A model generated the notes under the pieces. That model was not told the origin of the DNA. It saw only the letters and a program-made list of their open reading frames with translations, and searched no databases. A DNA stretch of 64,000 nt from Bacteroidia bacterium (GTDB taxonomy: Bacteria; Bacteroidota; Bacteroidia; M30B66): the NCBI GenBank assembly GCA_965279035.1, contig OZ257142.1, positions 3,040,001 to 3,104,000 on the forward strand, read 5' to 3'. The position numbers and the translations under genes are program-made. Shown piece after piece: positions 21,799 through 31,067 of the stretch. How positions within the stretch are numbered: position 1 is the stretch's first letter; each line of letters begins with the position of its first letter.

Positions 21799-21892
21799 CA
21801 AAGGTATTTTGACAAATCAACCTGACACAAAATTAATAGCTACATTTAGTTGTATAAGCTATACAACTAGTTGTTTTTCGACAACTAGTTGT
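21799..21892 (-). promoter_or_regulatory. Bacteroidota promoter plus operator array
   Basis: Minus-strand TTTG (21828-21831)-N21-TACCTTTG (21799-21806); palindromes ACAACTAGTTGT at 21863 and 21881 and a degenerate copy at 21842. Confidence 0.7.
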
Positions 21893-21940
21893 TGTTTAAA
21901 GCTTCAAATATAGTTATATGATGCTGAACACTAGTTTAAA

Positions 21941-22339
21941 TCAAAGTCCATTTATTAAATCAATTAATTTGTCTATTGTAATTGGTTTTATGATGTAGTC
22001 CGATACCTCACTAATAGATTTAGCTCTCATCACATCATCTGGAGAAATAGATGATGAGCAAATAACAATTGTGATTTTTTTCCCAATCTTAGGATAAAGC
22101 TTTGTAAATTCCTCTAAGAATTGCCAGCCATCCATAATAGGCATACTTAAATCAAGTAAAATTATTTCAGGCAATGCACTTAAATTGTCCTTATTCTCCC
22201 AAAGGAATTCAAGTGCATCTAAACCATTTCCAAAGACTTTAATTAAGTCTACCAAATTCGTTTTCTCAATTACTTTTTTTGTTAAAAAAACGAAAACATC
22301 GTCATCATCAACAAGTGTAAAGTTTTTAACTCGGTTCAT
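21941..22339 (-). CDS. Single-domain response regulator
   Basis: LVDDD, LLDLSMPIMDG, YIIKP. Confidence 0.9.
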   Translation of the reverse strand: MNRVKNFTLVDDDDVFVFLTKKVIEKTNLVDLIKVFGNGLDALEFLWENKDNLSALPEIILLDLSMPIMDGWQFLEEFTKLYPKIGKKITIVICSSSISPDDVMRAKSISEVSDYIIKPITIDKLIDLINGL

Positions 22340-23822
22340 ATTCAAGAGATTTAAATTCAATAAAAAAGGTACATCCTTTATCAGGTTGGCTCACTGCCCA
22401 TATTTTTCCATTCATCGCTTCAACTTGTGTTTTTGTCATAAATAAGCCAAATCCCTTAGCATCAGGATGTTTATGAAATGTCTTACGTATCTTAAAAATA
22501 TTATCCTTATGTCGCACTAAATCAATCCCTAAACCATTATCGGAAATGCTCATTTGAACGATTCCATCTTGTGTTTTCTTTATTTGAATTTGAATTTCCG
22601 GTTTTCTAAATGGTGATTTATATTTCAATGAATTGCTAATTAAATTAGTTAAGATACTTTCCATGTATTTATGAGGGAAGTATATGATGGGTGCTTTATT
22701 TATTTTAATATCAATATTTGCTTCATATTCAACAATTTGAGTTTTAAAACCTATTAATACCCTGTCAATACATTTTTTCAATTCAATTTTATCGGATTTA
22801 ATATTAGTGTCTTGCTTAATTTGAATTGATTCAACCAATTCATTAAACACTTCTAATAAATGATTAACAACAGGCTTAATTTTCAATAGTACTTCCATGC
22901 GTTCCACTTCATCATTGCTTTGTTCAACATAATCGACTAGCATTGAAATGTTGATTAAAGGAGCTCTTAAATTATGTGAAACTATATTACAGAAATCTAT
23001 TAATTGGTTGTTTTTATAAGTCAATTTCTGAGATTGCTCAATGACTTTTGCATTATTCAATCGTATCAGATCTTCTCCTTCTTTTCGTTCTGTGATATCA
23101 GATCTAATAGCAACATATTGATAAGGTTTATTTGATTGATTTAAAAATGGAACAATGGTAGTGTCTACCCAATAAAAGGTACCGTCTTTTGCTTTGTTCT
23201 TCAGTTCACCTTTCCATACTTCACCATGAGCTATTGTAGTCCAAATGTTTTTAATAAATTCTTTTGAATGATAACCAGAATTAATAATACGATGATCTTG
23301 TCCAATTAATTCTTCAGAACTGTATTTAGATATTCTACAAAAATTTTCATTTACATGAGTAATTATTCCCTTTTGATTCGTTATTGCAACAATAGCTGAT
23401 TCATCAAGAGCATATTTATAATCGGAAATTTCTTGCAAAATTTTAATCAATTCCTCTTCATTTATCTTTCTATTCGTAATATCAGATCGAATGGCAACAT
23501 ATTTATATGGTTTATTCTCCGCATTTAGAAAAGGGACTATTGTGGTATCAACCCAATATATAGAACCATCCTTAGCTCTATTTTTCAATTCTCCTTTCCA
23601 TACTTTACCACTTGCAATAGTCCTCCATAATTCACGAATAAACTCCTTCGAATGATAACCAGAATTAATTATTCGATGATCTTGTCCTATAAGCTCTTTG
23701 GATGTGTATTTTGAAATTTTACAGAAATTATCATTTACATAAATGATTGTTCCCTTTTGATCTGTAATCGCAACAATAGACGATTCATCAAGTGCATGTT
23801 TATAATCAGCAATGTTATCCAT
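22326..23822 (-). CDS. Cytoplasmic PAS-PAS histidine kinase
   Basis: Two closely similar PAS/PAC domains; SHNLRAP, NSLKY, DNGLG, GFGL. Confidence 0.92.
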   Translation of the reverse strand: MDNIADYKHALDESSIVAITDQKGTIIYVNDNFCKISKYTSKELIGQDHRIINSGYHSKEFIRELWRTIASGKVWKGELKNRAKDGSIYWVDTTIVPFLNAENKPYKYVAIRSDITNRKINEEELIKILQEISDYKYALDESAIVAITNQKGIITHVNENFCRISKYSSEELIGQDHRIINSGYHSKEFIKNIWTTIAHGEVWKGELKNKAKDGTFYWVDTTIVPFLNQSNKPYQYVAIRSDITERKEGEDLIRLNNAKVIEQSQKLTYKNNQLIDFCNIVSHNLRAPLINISMLVDYVEQSNDEVERMEVLLKIKPVVNHLLEVFNELVESIQIKQDTNIKSDKIELKKCIDRVLIGFKTQIVEYEANIDIKINKAPIIYFPHKYMESILTNLISNSLKYKSPFRKPEIQIQIKKTQDGIVQMSISDNGLGIDLVRHKDNIFKIRKTFHKHPDAKGFGLFMTKTQVEAMNGKIWAVSQPDKGCTFFIEFKSLEYEPS

Positions 23823-23938
23823 TTATATTAGCCTTAGTTAATTTAATCTTTACTATATAATTCCGAACAATAACAACCCCTTACTTAAATTAGGACTAAA
23901 ATGCCCAAACATCATTAACTACACTTGTATATAAAAAT

Positions 23939-25333
23939 CAGTACTGTCCGGTTAAAGTTTAAATCAGAAAAAAGGAGCGACCATTTCGATCACTCCTTTT
24001 GTGATTATTTTTGAGTTACGACACACCAAAATAATCATGAGTAAAAGTAAATATTTTACCGGACAGCCGATTTACAGTCAACTCCTTTCTTATCTGCCTC
24101 AGACGAAAGTAAAGGACATAGCTGATGAGCATAACGCTGATAGGTATTATAAGAACTTCAGGACTTATACGCACCTAGTAACGATGCTTTACGCAATCTT
24201 TAATCGGTGTACAGGTATCCGAGAAGTGACCTCAGGCCTACTTGCCTGGGAAGGCAGGATACAGCATTTAGGAATCAACTACTTTCCCAGAAGGAGCACG
24301 ATTTCAGATGCAAATACCAGTCGACCAGCCGATGTCTTTGAAGATATTTACTACTGGCTTTATGACCGATACAAGCATTTTTTACCGGACAGCCGAAGTA
24401 AAATCGCATCCCGGCTTTATATTGTTGACTCGACAACGATTCAGTTGTTTCAGGAAGTTTTGAAAAATGCCGGTCGTAATCCCGCCGATGGTAAGCGCAA
24501 AGGCGGTATTAAGGTGCATACTTTAATGAGGAGTGATCAAGACGTGCCTTGCTTGATAAGGTTCTCTGCTGGAGCTGGAGCCGACAGCCCATTTCTGCAG
24601 AACATACACCTGCAACGTGGGTCCATTGTGGTGTTTGATCGTGGTTATAATGATTACAAGCAATACAACCGTTTCTCGGAAGAAAATGTCACATGGGTGA
24701 CCCGATTACGAAACAACACCGTGATCAAAGTCCTGCGGGAAAAGAAAATTTCAGACAAGGAAAAGCAGAACGGAATTTTGCTCGACCAGATTATAGAAAT
24801 GGGCCACACCAAGCACAATAACAATACACGAGTGAAGGCACGTCTTATAAAATATGAGGACAAAAAATCGAAGAGGATATTTGAATTCATAACCAATAAC
24901 AATCAATTCAAACCCTCCTCAATCGCACTGTTTTATAAAAATCGTTGGCAGATCGAATCGCTATTTAAGCGTATCAAACAGAACTATCCGATGCAAAGCT
25001 TCCTTGGAGAGAGCGAAAATGCGATCAAAATCCAAATCTGGTGTGCCCTGATCGCTGACCTTGTCTTAAAAATTGTCAAAGCAAGAGCTGGTAAAAACTG
25101 GTCGTTTTCAAATCTTGCAGCCATGGTCAGGCTACATTTGATGACCTATATCAACCTTTTTGAATTCCTCATCAATCCTGAAAAATCGCTAATTAGAAAT
25201 CAAATTAAATCCTTTCAACTGCCATTGTTCCCTCCATAGGGGGCTTTATTTTAAATAAATACCATCAACACCCGCATTTACTGCAACTACAGAAGGTAAA
25301 TCATGCAATCTCAATTTTAACCGGACAGTACTG
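23939..25333 (+). mobile_element. IS4-family insertion sequence, complete
   Basis: Perfect 18-bp terminal IRs CAGTACTGTCCGGTTAAA; 9-bp target duplication TATAAAAAT at 23930-23938 and 25334-25342. Confidence 0.95.
24037..25239 (+). CDS. IS4-family DDE transposase (DUF4372-type N-terminus)
   Basis: VDSTTI, FDRGY, YKNRWQIESLFK (YREK signature). Confidence 0.93.
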   Translation: MSKSKYFTGQPIYSQLLSYLPQTKVKDIADEHNADRYYKNFRTYTHLVTMLYAIFNRCTGIREVTSGLLAWEGRIQHLGINYFPRRSTISDANTSRPADVFEDIYYWLYDRYKHFLPDSRSKIASRLYIVDSTTIQLFQEVLKNAGRNPADGKRKGGIKVHTLMRSDQDVPCLIRFSAGAGADSPFLQNIHLQRGSIVVFDRGYNDYKQYNRFSEENVTWVTRLRNNTVIKVLREKKISDKEKQNGILLDQIIEMGHTKHNNNTRVKARLIKYEDKKSKRIFEFITNNNQFKPSSIALFYKNRWQIESLFKRIKQNYPMQSFLGESENAIKIQIWCALIADLVLKIVKARAGKNWSFSNLAAMVRLHLMTYINLFEFLINPEKSLIRNQIKSFQLPLFPP

Positions 25334-25633
25334 TATAAAAATATAGATAAAAATTTAATCATCAGATTAAAATTCTTTAATGTCATTGTAAACCCATCAT
25401 GTAAAGCATAAAAAAATCAAGTACTAATAAGAACAGTTCAATCCATTTTAACCGTAAAATCAACTAAATTGAGTTGAATTTCAATTGTATGTGTGAAATA
25501 ATCTCATGAAATATATTTATAAAATAGTTGAATGAATGTAATCAGTTTAGAATCGATTCAATCAAAATTGTTTCAAAAAAACTTCCTACTCCAATTGCCT
25601 TTCATAAAATTAATTTTTTGAATTAAATATCGT

Positions 25634-25734
25634 TGTTTGGGAGATAAGATAAAGGCATTTCACCAATCAACCTAACATAAAAACAACAGCTATATATAGA
25701 TGTATAAGCTATCTATTTGGTTGTTTTTGACAAC
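25634..25734 (-). repeat. Diverged copy of the XRE-pentapeptide promoter/operator region (21783-21885)
   Basis: Manual alignment roughly 80% identical over about 100 bp; -7 box mutated; no intact gene downstream. Confidence 0.75.
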
Positions 25735-25842
25735 CCGCTATTGTTTTATAGCCATGTATATATATCAAACGAAGAATAGATTATATATGCCATCATAATT
25801 ATATTCTGAATTCATCACGAATAATAAAACGTGCTATTAATC

Positions 25843-26280
25843 TTATACACTTAAAAAGCGCTCCAAGCGATTAAAATTTTCTTCATTTTTAGGAATAACA
25901 AAAGGCTTCATTTTTTCACATTCATCAAGACTTGGAAAATACATGCAAAAGGTCATTCGAGTTTCCATTTCTGAAATCGCTTTAAACAGGATATCCATAT
26001 CAAATAAAGGTTGACTATTCCTTGACCAACTCACCTTTTTCATTGGTTCAACATGAGTAAAAACAGATGAATTTTCATAGTTCCCTTTTTCGGGACCGTG
26101 CATGGTTAGTAGCCATTTCCCACCCGGTTGCAAATCGAATTTGTGAATTGTATTTGTAAAGCCTTGAGGTCCCCACCAAGTAGCTAATTGAATGGGATCT
26201 TCAAAAGCCTTGTAAACACGAGCTATACTTTCTGAAAATATACGTGAACTAATGATGACTTTTTCGGATCCTTGATTCAT
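25843..26280 (-). CDS. SRPBCC/AHSA1 family protein
   Basis: WWGPQGF, FDLQPGGKW, MHGP. Confidence 0.88.
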   Translation of the reverse strand: MNQGSEKVIISSRIFSESIARVYKAFEDPIQLATWWGPQGFTNTIHKFDLQPGGKWLLTMHGPEKGNYENSSVFTHVEPMKKVSWSRNSQPLFDMDILFKAISEMETRMTFCMYFPSLDECEKMKPFVIPKNEENFNRLERFLSV

Positions 26281-26443
26281 AAATAATGGATTGAATGATT
26301 AAATAAACGAAATAATTCTAAAAATTAAAATCAAGTTTTCTATTAAACTAGATTAATCAATCTATCAATTTTCGATAAATTAACTTATTCCACTTAGCTT
26401 CAATACTTCAAATTATGTTAATTGATAAAATAGAAATTTTCAA

Positions 26444-27004
26444 TCAAATATTCTGAATTGAAATTCGTCTTTTCACTTTCAAAGCTTTAAAATGTGATGG
26501 TGTTAAGCCAGTTACTTTCTTAAACTGAGCTGATAAATGCGCAACACTGCTATAATGTAGCTTATAAGAAATCTCTGTTAAAGTATCTTCACCAAAGATT
26601 ATTAACTCTTTGATTCGTTCAATTTTTAAAGCAATAATAAATTGCTCTATCGTAGTAGCTTCTACCTCTGAAAAGAAATTAGCTAAATAAGGATAACTCA
26701 TTTCCAACTCTTCACTCAATAAAACTGAAAAGTTCATATTGGGTTTATCATCCGATTTATAGACATAATCAACCATCACTTTGCGAATCCGTTCGATTAA
26801 AATACCTTGCTTTTTCTCTAAAAGCTCCAATCCAACTTTCTTTATTTTATTATTTAACAGAATCTTATCTTCATCTGTCACATCTTTTTTTGTTTCAATT
26901 TCTCCCAATTCAACTCTTATTGGGGAAATATGAAGTTCATTCAAAGCTTCACGAACAAATGCTTTGCAGCTTTCACAAGCCATGTTTTTGACAAATATTT
27001 TCAT
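26444..27004 (-). CDS. AraC-family regulator with N-terminal CxxC metal-binding-like domain
   Basis: KNMACESC; YSSVAHLSAQFKKVTGLTPS. Confidence 0.88.
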   Translation of the reverse strand: MKIFVKNMACESCKAFVREALNELHISPIRVELGEIETKKDVTDEDKILLNNKIKKVGLELLEKKQGILIERIRKVMVDYVYKSDDKPNMNFSVLLSEELEMSYPYLANFFSEVEATTIEQFIIALKIERIKELIIFGEDTLTEISYKLHYSSVAHLSAQFKKVTGLTPSHFKALKVKRRISIQNI

Positions 27005-27201
27005 TAAATTAATTTAGATTTAAAAAAAAAAAAGCAAATCTTTAACTAAGAATTATTACTTTTAAATTATTCTGTGAAAGGTAAGCTTATAAAGTGTTCT
27101 AATTACGTCTTTTTTCAAATGTGAAAAATAGAATTAATTTAAAGATTTTATTTTCGTGTATAAGTCTCATGCATTGATTGATAGAATATAATCAACCAGA
27201 A

Positions 27202-28104
27202 TTACTCAATAGGAATACATAAATCCACTTCAAATTTACCAGATGGTTCGCTATTAAATGAACTATGATAAATTTCAAACGGATTGCGATCTGCCTTTTT
27301 ATAACCTTGTTCACTCATCCAAATAAATACGCTGTTCCATGATTGTTCAAACTCTTGTGATGCAATATGAAAACGAGCAACAATACATCTACCCTTTTCC
27401 AAATTACTTTTGCTCATTTCAGCTTCGGTTTTTAATTCAGTTGGTGATATTACACCAATACTCATGCGCACTTTATGGGCATCGGTAATTTTAAAACTAT
27501 CATGAAAAACACGACAAATATGTGTATCACTTTTGCTCAAAATTCCCTTTGGATTTGCCCATTTAAGCACACGTTTAAATGTTGATTCGATGTTACTAAC
27601 GCCGATATGTGTTGTGTAGGCAAAAAACATGTTAGGCATTTCTTTAATCTCCATTGTTGCATTCATTTTCAGCCAGGTTTTAAGTTGTTCGATTGTACAA
27701 AGATATTCCTGGGTGATAAAGTCCTGTTGATGCATCTTGCTAATCTCTTTACCAATCTTGCTAAAATTATTCAGGTTGGATTTTCGAAAAGCGGATGGAC
27801 TTTGATTATAGATTTTCCTAAATGTGCGAGAATAGGTAGAATCGTTTTTAAACCCATACTTCTCAGCTATTTGAGCAATACTGTATTCATTGTTATGAAT
27901 GAGCATTAAGGCTGTCCGTTCGATGCGTTTACGGGTAATGTAGGTATTCAACGTTTCATTGGTAATAGCTTTAAACAGACGATGCAGGTGAAAAGGAGAA
28001 TAAAAAGCTATAGCAGAAACCTTTTCTAAGGTTAGATCAGCTTCCAAATGCTCATCGATATAAGATAAAACCTTATAGATGCGTTTGATGTATTCTTCTT
28101 GCAT
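27202..28104 (-). CDS. AraC-family regulator with GyrI-like effector domain
   Basis: SPFHLHRLFK, FRKIYNQSPS, C-terminal FEIY...DLCIPI. Confidence 0.88.
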   Translation of the reverse strand: MQEEYIKRIYKVLSYIDEHLEADLTLEKVSAIAFYSPFHLHRLFKAITNETLNTYITRKRIERTALMLIHNNEYSIAQIAEKYGFKNDSTYSRTFRKIYNQSPSAFRKSNLNNFSKIGKEISKMHQQDFITQEYLCTIEQLKTWLKMNATMEIKEMPNMFFAYTTHIGVSNIESTFKRVLKWANPKGILSKSDTHICRVFHDSFKITDAHKVRMSIGVISPTELKTEAEMSKSNLEKGRCIVARFHIASQEFEQSWNSVFIWMSEQGYKKADRNPFEIYHSSFNSEPSGKFEVDLCIPIE

Positions 28105-28217
28105 AGAACCACTAAATGGAAGGTTCAAATAAAGAAAAAGAATAGTTAAAAATGAATATGATGCGAATAAATAATAATTCGACTATTCAGAAGTTAATCA
28201 GGAAAGCTGGTTTAATA

Positions 28218-29585
28218 TTACGCAGTTTCCGGTTTCACTAATAATGAACCTTCTGCCAAAGCTAGTTCCAGGTAATTTTTCTCAAGTACTTCAACTTGTT
28301 CGCGGTGTTTATTGGTTTTGATAACCTTCAAAATAACAGACGCAACAATAACCAAACAGGCAAAAACTAAAAAGAGCATTTTCCAATTACTAAATGGGCG
28401 AATGAATCCAAACAATGCAGCTCCGGCCGATAAACCTGTATTGAAAACAGTCATGCATAAAGTAAATTGAATGGCCGAAATACGCTTCCAGCATAAATGC
28501 ATAGCCAAAGCTAAAACACCAATATTTATTAACGTGAGTAGGGAACAAAAGATGGCAATAAAAGCAATAATTATTTGATCGTTTTTCCAAAGGTACTCAG
28601 CAAATACCATGGAAATACTAAGCAGTGCTATGAGAACGAATCCGCCTTGAATTAAGCGAATAATACCAAATCGCTGAATAACAATAACGCCGATTAACAT
28701 GCCCAAAATACCACCAACTAAATTAGATAATGAAAAAACTTTGGAATAATAAATATTCGTCCAACCGAGTTCTTTAATGGTAAAAATAGGTAGCAAAGTC
28801 CGCATATAATGCAAAGCTGCCATGGTAATAAAAACGGTTACAACAAGTAAAAGGGTATTTCGGAGTACTAAAACTTGTTTAAACGATTTAAATAATTTAC
28901 CCCATGAATCAACTATTAAAAGAGCAGCATCAGGAGACGTCACTCCTTTAGTCCAGGGTAGTAGCTTCTCCCCTCTTCTTTCACGCAGAAATAGGGGAAC
29001 AAATAGAATTATCACAATTGAAATAGACATGCTTAAAACAGCAGTAGAAAAACCCTGTTCGTTGATTAACCAGCTTCCTAAGAATAATGAGATTGATGTT
29101 CCAATTGTTTTAGAGCCCCACATGAGGCTATTGGCTTTTCCTTGTTGCTCGAGAGGCACAATGTCGATTACTAAGCTATCGGTGGCAATATCTTGAAATA
29201 GGATAAAAACATGAACACATAATGCCAGTGTGGTGATGAGCGCTAGGTTTTCCAAAGGGTTGGGAACGAAGGACAAAGCAATTAAACTACAGAGAATTCC
29301 AAATTGTCCCATAATTAACCAGGGCCTTCTGCGCCCCATGGGTAAATAGGTATAACGCTCCATCATGGGAGCTAATAGTATTTTAAGACTAAAAGGGATT
29401 AGAACTATTGCACTATAACCTGCAATTTCGGTTGCACTTTTACCATTCATGGCCAACCAAGCTGGTATGGCAAAAATGGTTATCCCTTCTGGAATTCCTT
29501 GGGAGAAATATAAGACGATAAATGTAAAATAGCGTAATACTGGATTTTCGGATAATACTAATTCACGTGTGTTTGATAATGCCAT
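28218..29585 (-). CDS. MFS transporter, AmpG-like
   Basis: LYFSQGIP, GRRRPW, QDIATD; many hydrophobic segments. Confidence 0.85.
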   Translation of the reverse strand: MALSNTRELVLSENPVLRYFTFIVLYFSQGIPEGITIFAIPAWLAMNGKSATEIAGYSAIVLIPFSLKILLAPMMERYTYLPMGRRRPWLIMGQFGILCSLIALSFVPNPLENLALITTLALCVHVFILFQDIATDSLVIDIVPLEQQGKANSLMWGSKTIGTSISLFLGSWLINEQGFSTAVLSMSISIVIILFVPLFLRERRGEKLLPWTKGVTSPDAALLIVDSWGKLFKSFKQVLVLRNTLLLVVTVFITMAALHYMRTLLPIFTIKELGWTNIYYSKVFSLSNLVGGILGMLIGVIVIQRFGIIRLIQGGFVLIALLSISMVFAEYLWKNDQIIIAFIAIFCSLLTLINIGVLALAMHLCWKRISAIQFTLCMTVFNTGLSAGAALFGFIRPFSNWKMLFLVFACLVIVASVILKVIKTNKHREQVEVLEKNYLELALAEGSLLVKPETA

Positions 29586-29653
29586 ATTGTTTTTTTTATT
29601 AAAACTTAAATACCAGATTCAATCAATTCCTAATTAATATTATACAATTCCAG

Positions 29654-30775
29654 TTATTCTGAAAATTTCACAACAGATTTCCCATCATAGCGAAATAAAC
29701 TCATTCCCATAGAACTAAACCAGATAGTTGAGTCTTTATCTTCCATCATAAAATAAACTTCTTTATTGAATACTTTGGAAAATGGAGCGCTCGATACTGG
29801 ATTTCCTTTAAAATTAGAATGCCACAATCCGCCTAATGTATCGCCTTTGTCTTTTCCATAACCAGAAGCCACCCACAATTTCCCCGATTTATCTTCTATA
29901 ATGGCATTTAAAGAACCTTCTATTAATTCATTCGGTTGAAGATAATCGTTGAAAGTGTTTCCATTGTATGACCAGACACCATAATGGCGTGTAGCTAATA
30001 ATAAATTTCCGTTTTTACTTTTAACGATGTGGCGAAACCAGCCCTCGCCTTGCGGACGAAAACGAGTGAGTGCTTTTCCATCGTATTTAATGAGTCCTTC
30101 ATATCCAGGGAGCATGCCGGAAGCAAACCACATGTTTCCATCAGAATCCTCGACCATATCGGAGATTAATTTGAGGTGCAAACTGTCTCTATTTTCGACT
30201 TGCTTATTGGCTAAAAAAAGGGTGAAATTAAAACCATCGTAACAGTATACCCCATCACCTCCTCCAAACCACATTAATCCGTTTTTATCTTGCAGAATGC
30301 TCCAGATGGTACTTTTGGGGCACCAATCGGAATAATACATATTATCGGTGACAGGACGAATCAGATCACTTATCGGAATGCGTTTAATGGTTTCCCCATC
30401 GAGGCAACAAATACCCTCGGTTGTACCAATCCAAATTCGTCCCACTCGATCTTCATAAATGGACCAAACGTAATTGCTACTGAGTCCTTCTTTGGTGGTG
30501 AATTGGATAAATTCCTTACCATCGAAACGATAGAGGCCTTCTCCATTGGAACCGAACCAAAGAATACCTGATTTGTCTTGAATGCCACAGGTGAAGTTGG
30601 TGTAAATACCAACGCTTTGCGTACGTGTTACTAAGGGCTTTCTGCTTAATTGTGAAAATGCAACCGTTTTTTTATCAGAAGGAATGGGAGATGGAGTTTG
30701 TCCGTTGCAGGCGTTGAGGGAGAGAAGCACCCAAAAGAAACAAATGAATAAATTGGGTTGGGTGTTTTTGAGCAT
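29654..30775 (-). CDS. Two-component-regulator beta-propeller domain lipoprotein
   Basis: Repeated QDKSGILWFG/EDRVGRIWIG motifs; LNAC lipobox. Confidence 0.82.
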   Translation of the reverse strand: MLKNTQPNLFICFFWVLLSLNACNGQTPSPIPSDKKTVAFSQLSRKPLVTRTQSVGIYTNFTCGIQDKSGILWFGSNGEGLYRFDGKEFIQFTTKEGLSSNYVWSIYEDRVGRIWIGTTEGICCLDGETIKRIPISDLIRPVTDNMYYSDWCPKSTIWSILQDKNGLMWFGGGDGVYCYDGFNFTLFLANKQVENRDSLHLKLISDMVEDSDGNMWFASGMLPGYEGLIKYDGKALTRFRPQGEGWFRHIVKSKNGNLLLATRHYGVWSYNGNTFNDYLQPNELIEGSLNAIIEDKSGKLWVASGYGKDKGDTLGGLWHSNFKGNPVSSAPFSKVFNKEVYFMMEDKDSTIWFSSMGMSLFRYDGKSVVKFSE

Positions 30776-30895
30776 GGAGTACTATTGAAAAGGGAAAGTA
30801 GTGAAATAGTGCTCGGTTGACAAATAATGAGAAATCAATATAAAGTCAGCCCGGTTTATAAAACAAAATATTTTACATGGATTTAACTACACTAA

Positions 30896-30982
30896 TTACA
30901 ACACCCTAACAAACTCCCCTACTACACGCATGTTTTCAGCAGATTCTTTGGTGATGAGGATATCTTGGTAGGATGGAAAACA
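30896..30982 (-). pseudogene. C-terminal gene remnant, S24/LexA-like tail
   Basis: Manual translation CFPSYQDILITKESAENMRVVGEFVRVL*, with no matching 5' part. Confidence 0.5.
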
Positions 30983-31067
30983 CTATACAATTCAAAATCA
31001 AAGATGTTAATATCATCTCAAATAGAGAATATTTTAAAGATATATGTACAATATTAGAATTAGATTT

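Noticed and set aside
23060-23820. Internal DNA repeat in the kinase gene
   Set aside because: Explained by an ordinary tandem PAS domain duplication
9155-31067. Integron attC sites between accessory genes
   Set aside because: No recurrent inverted core-site structure seen by eye and no integrase in the window
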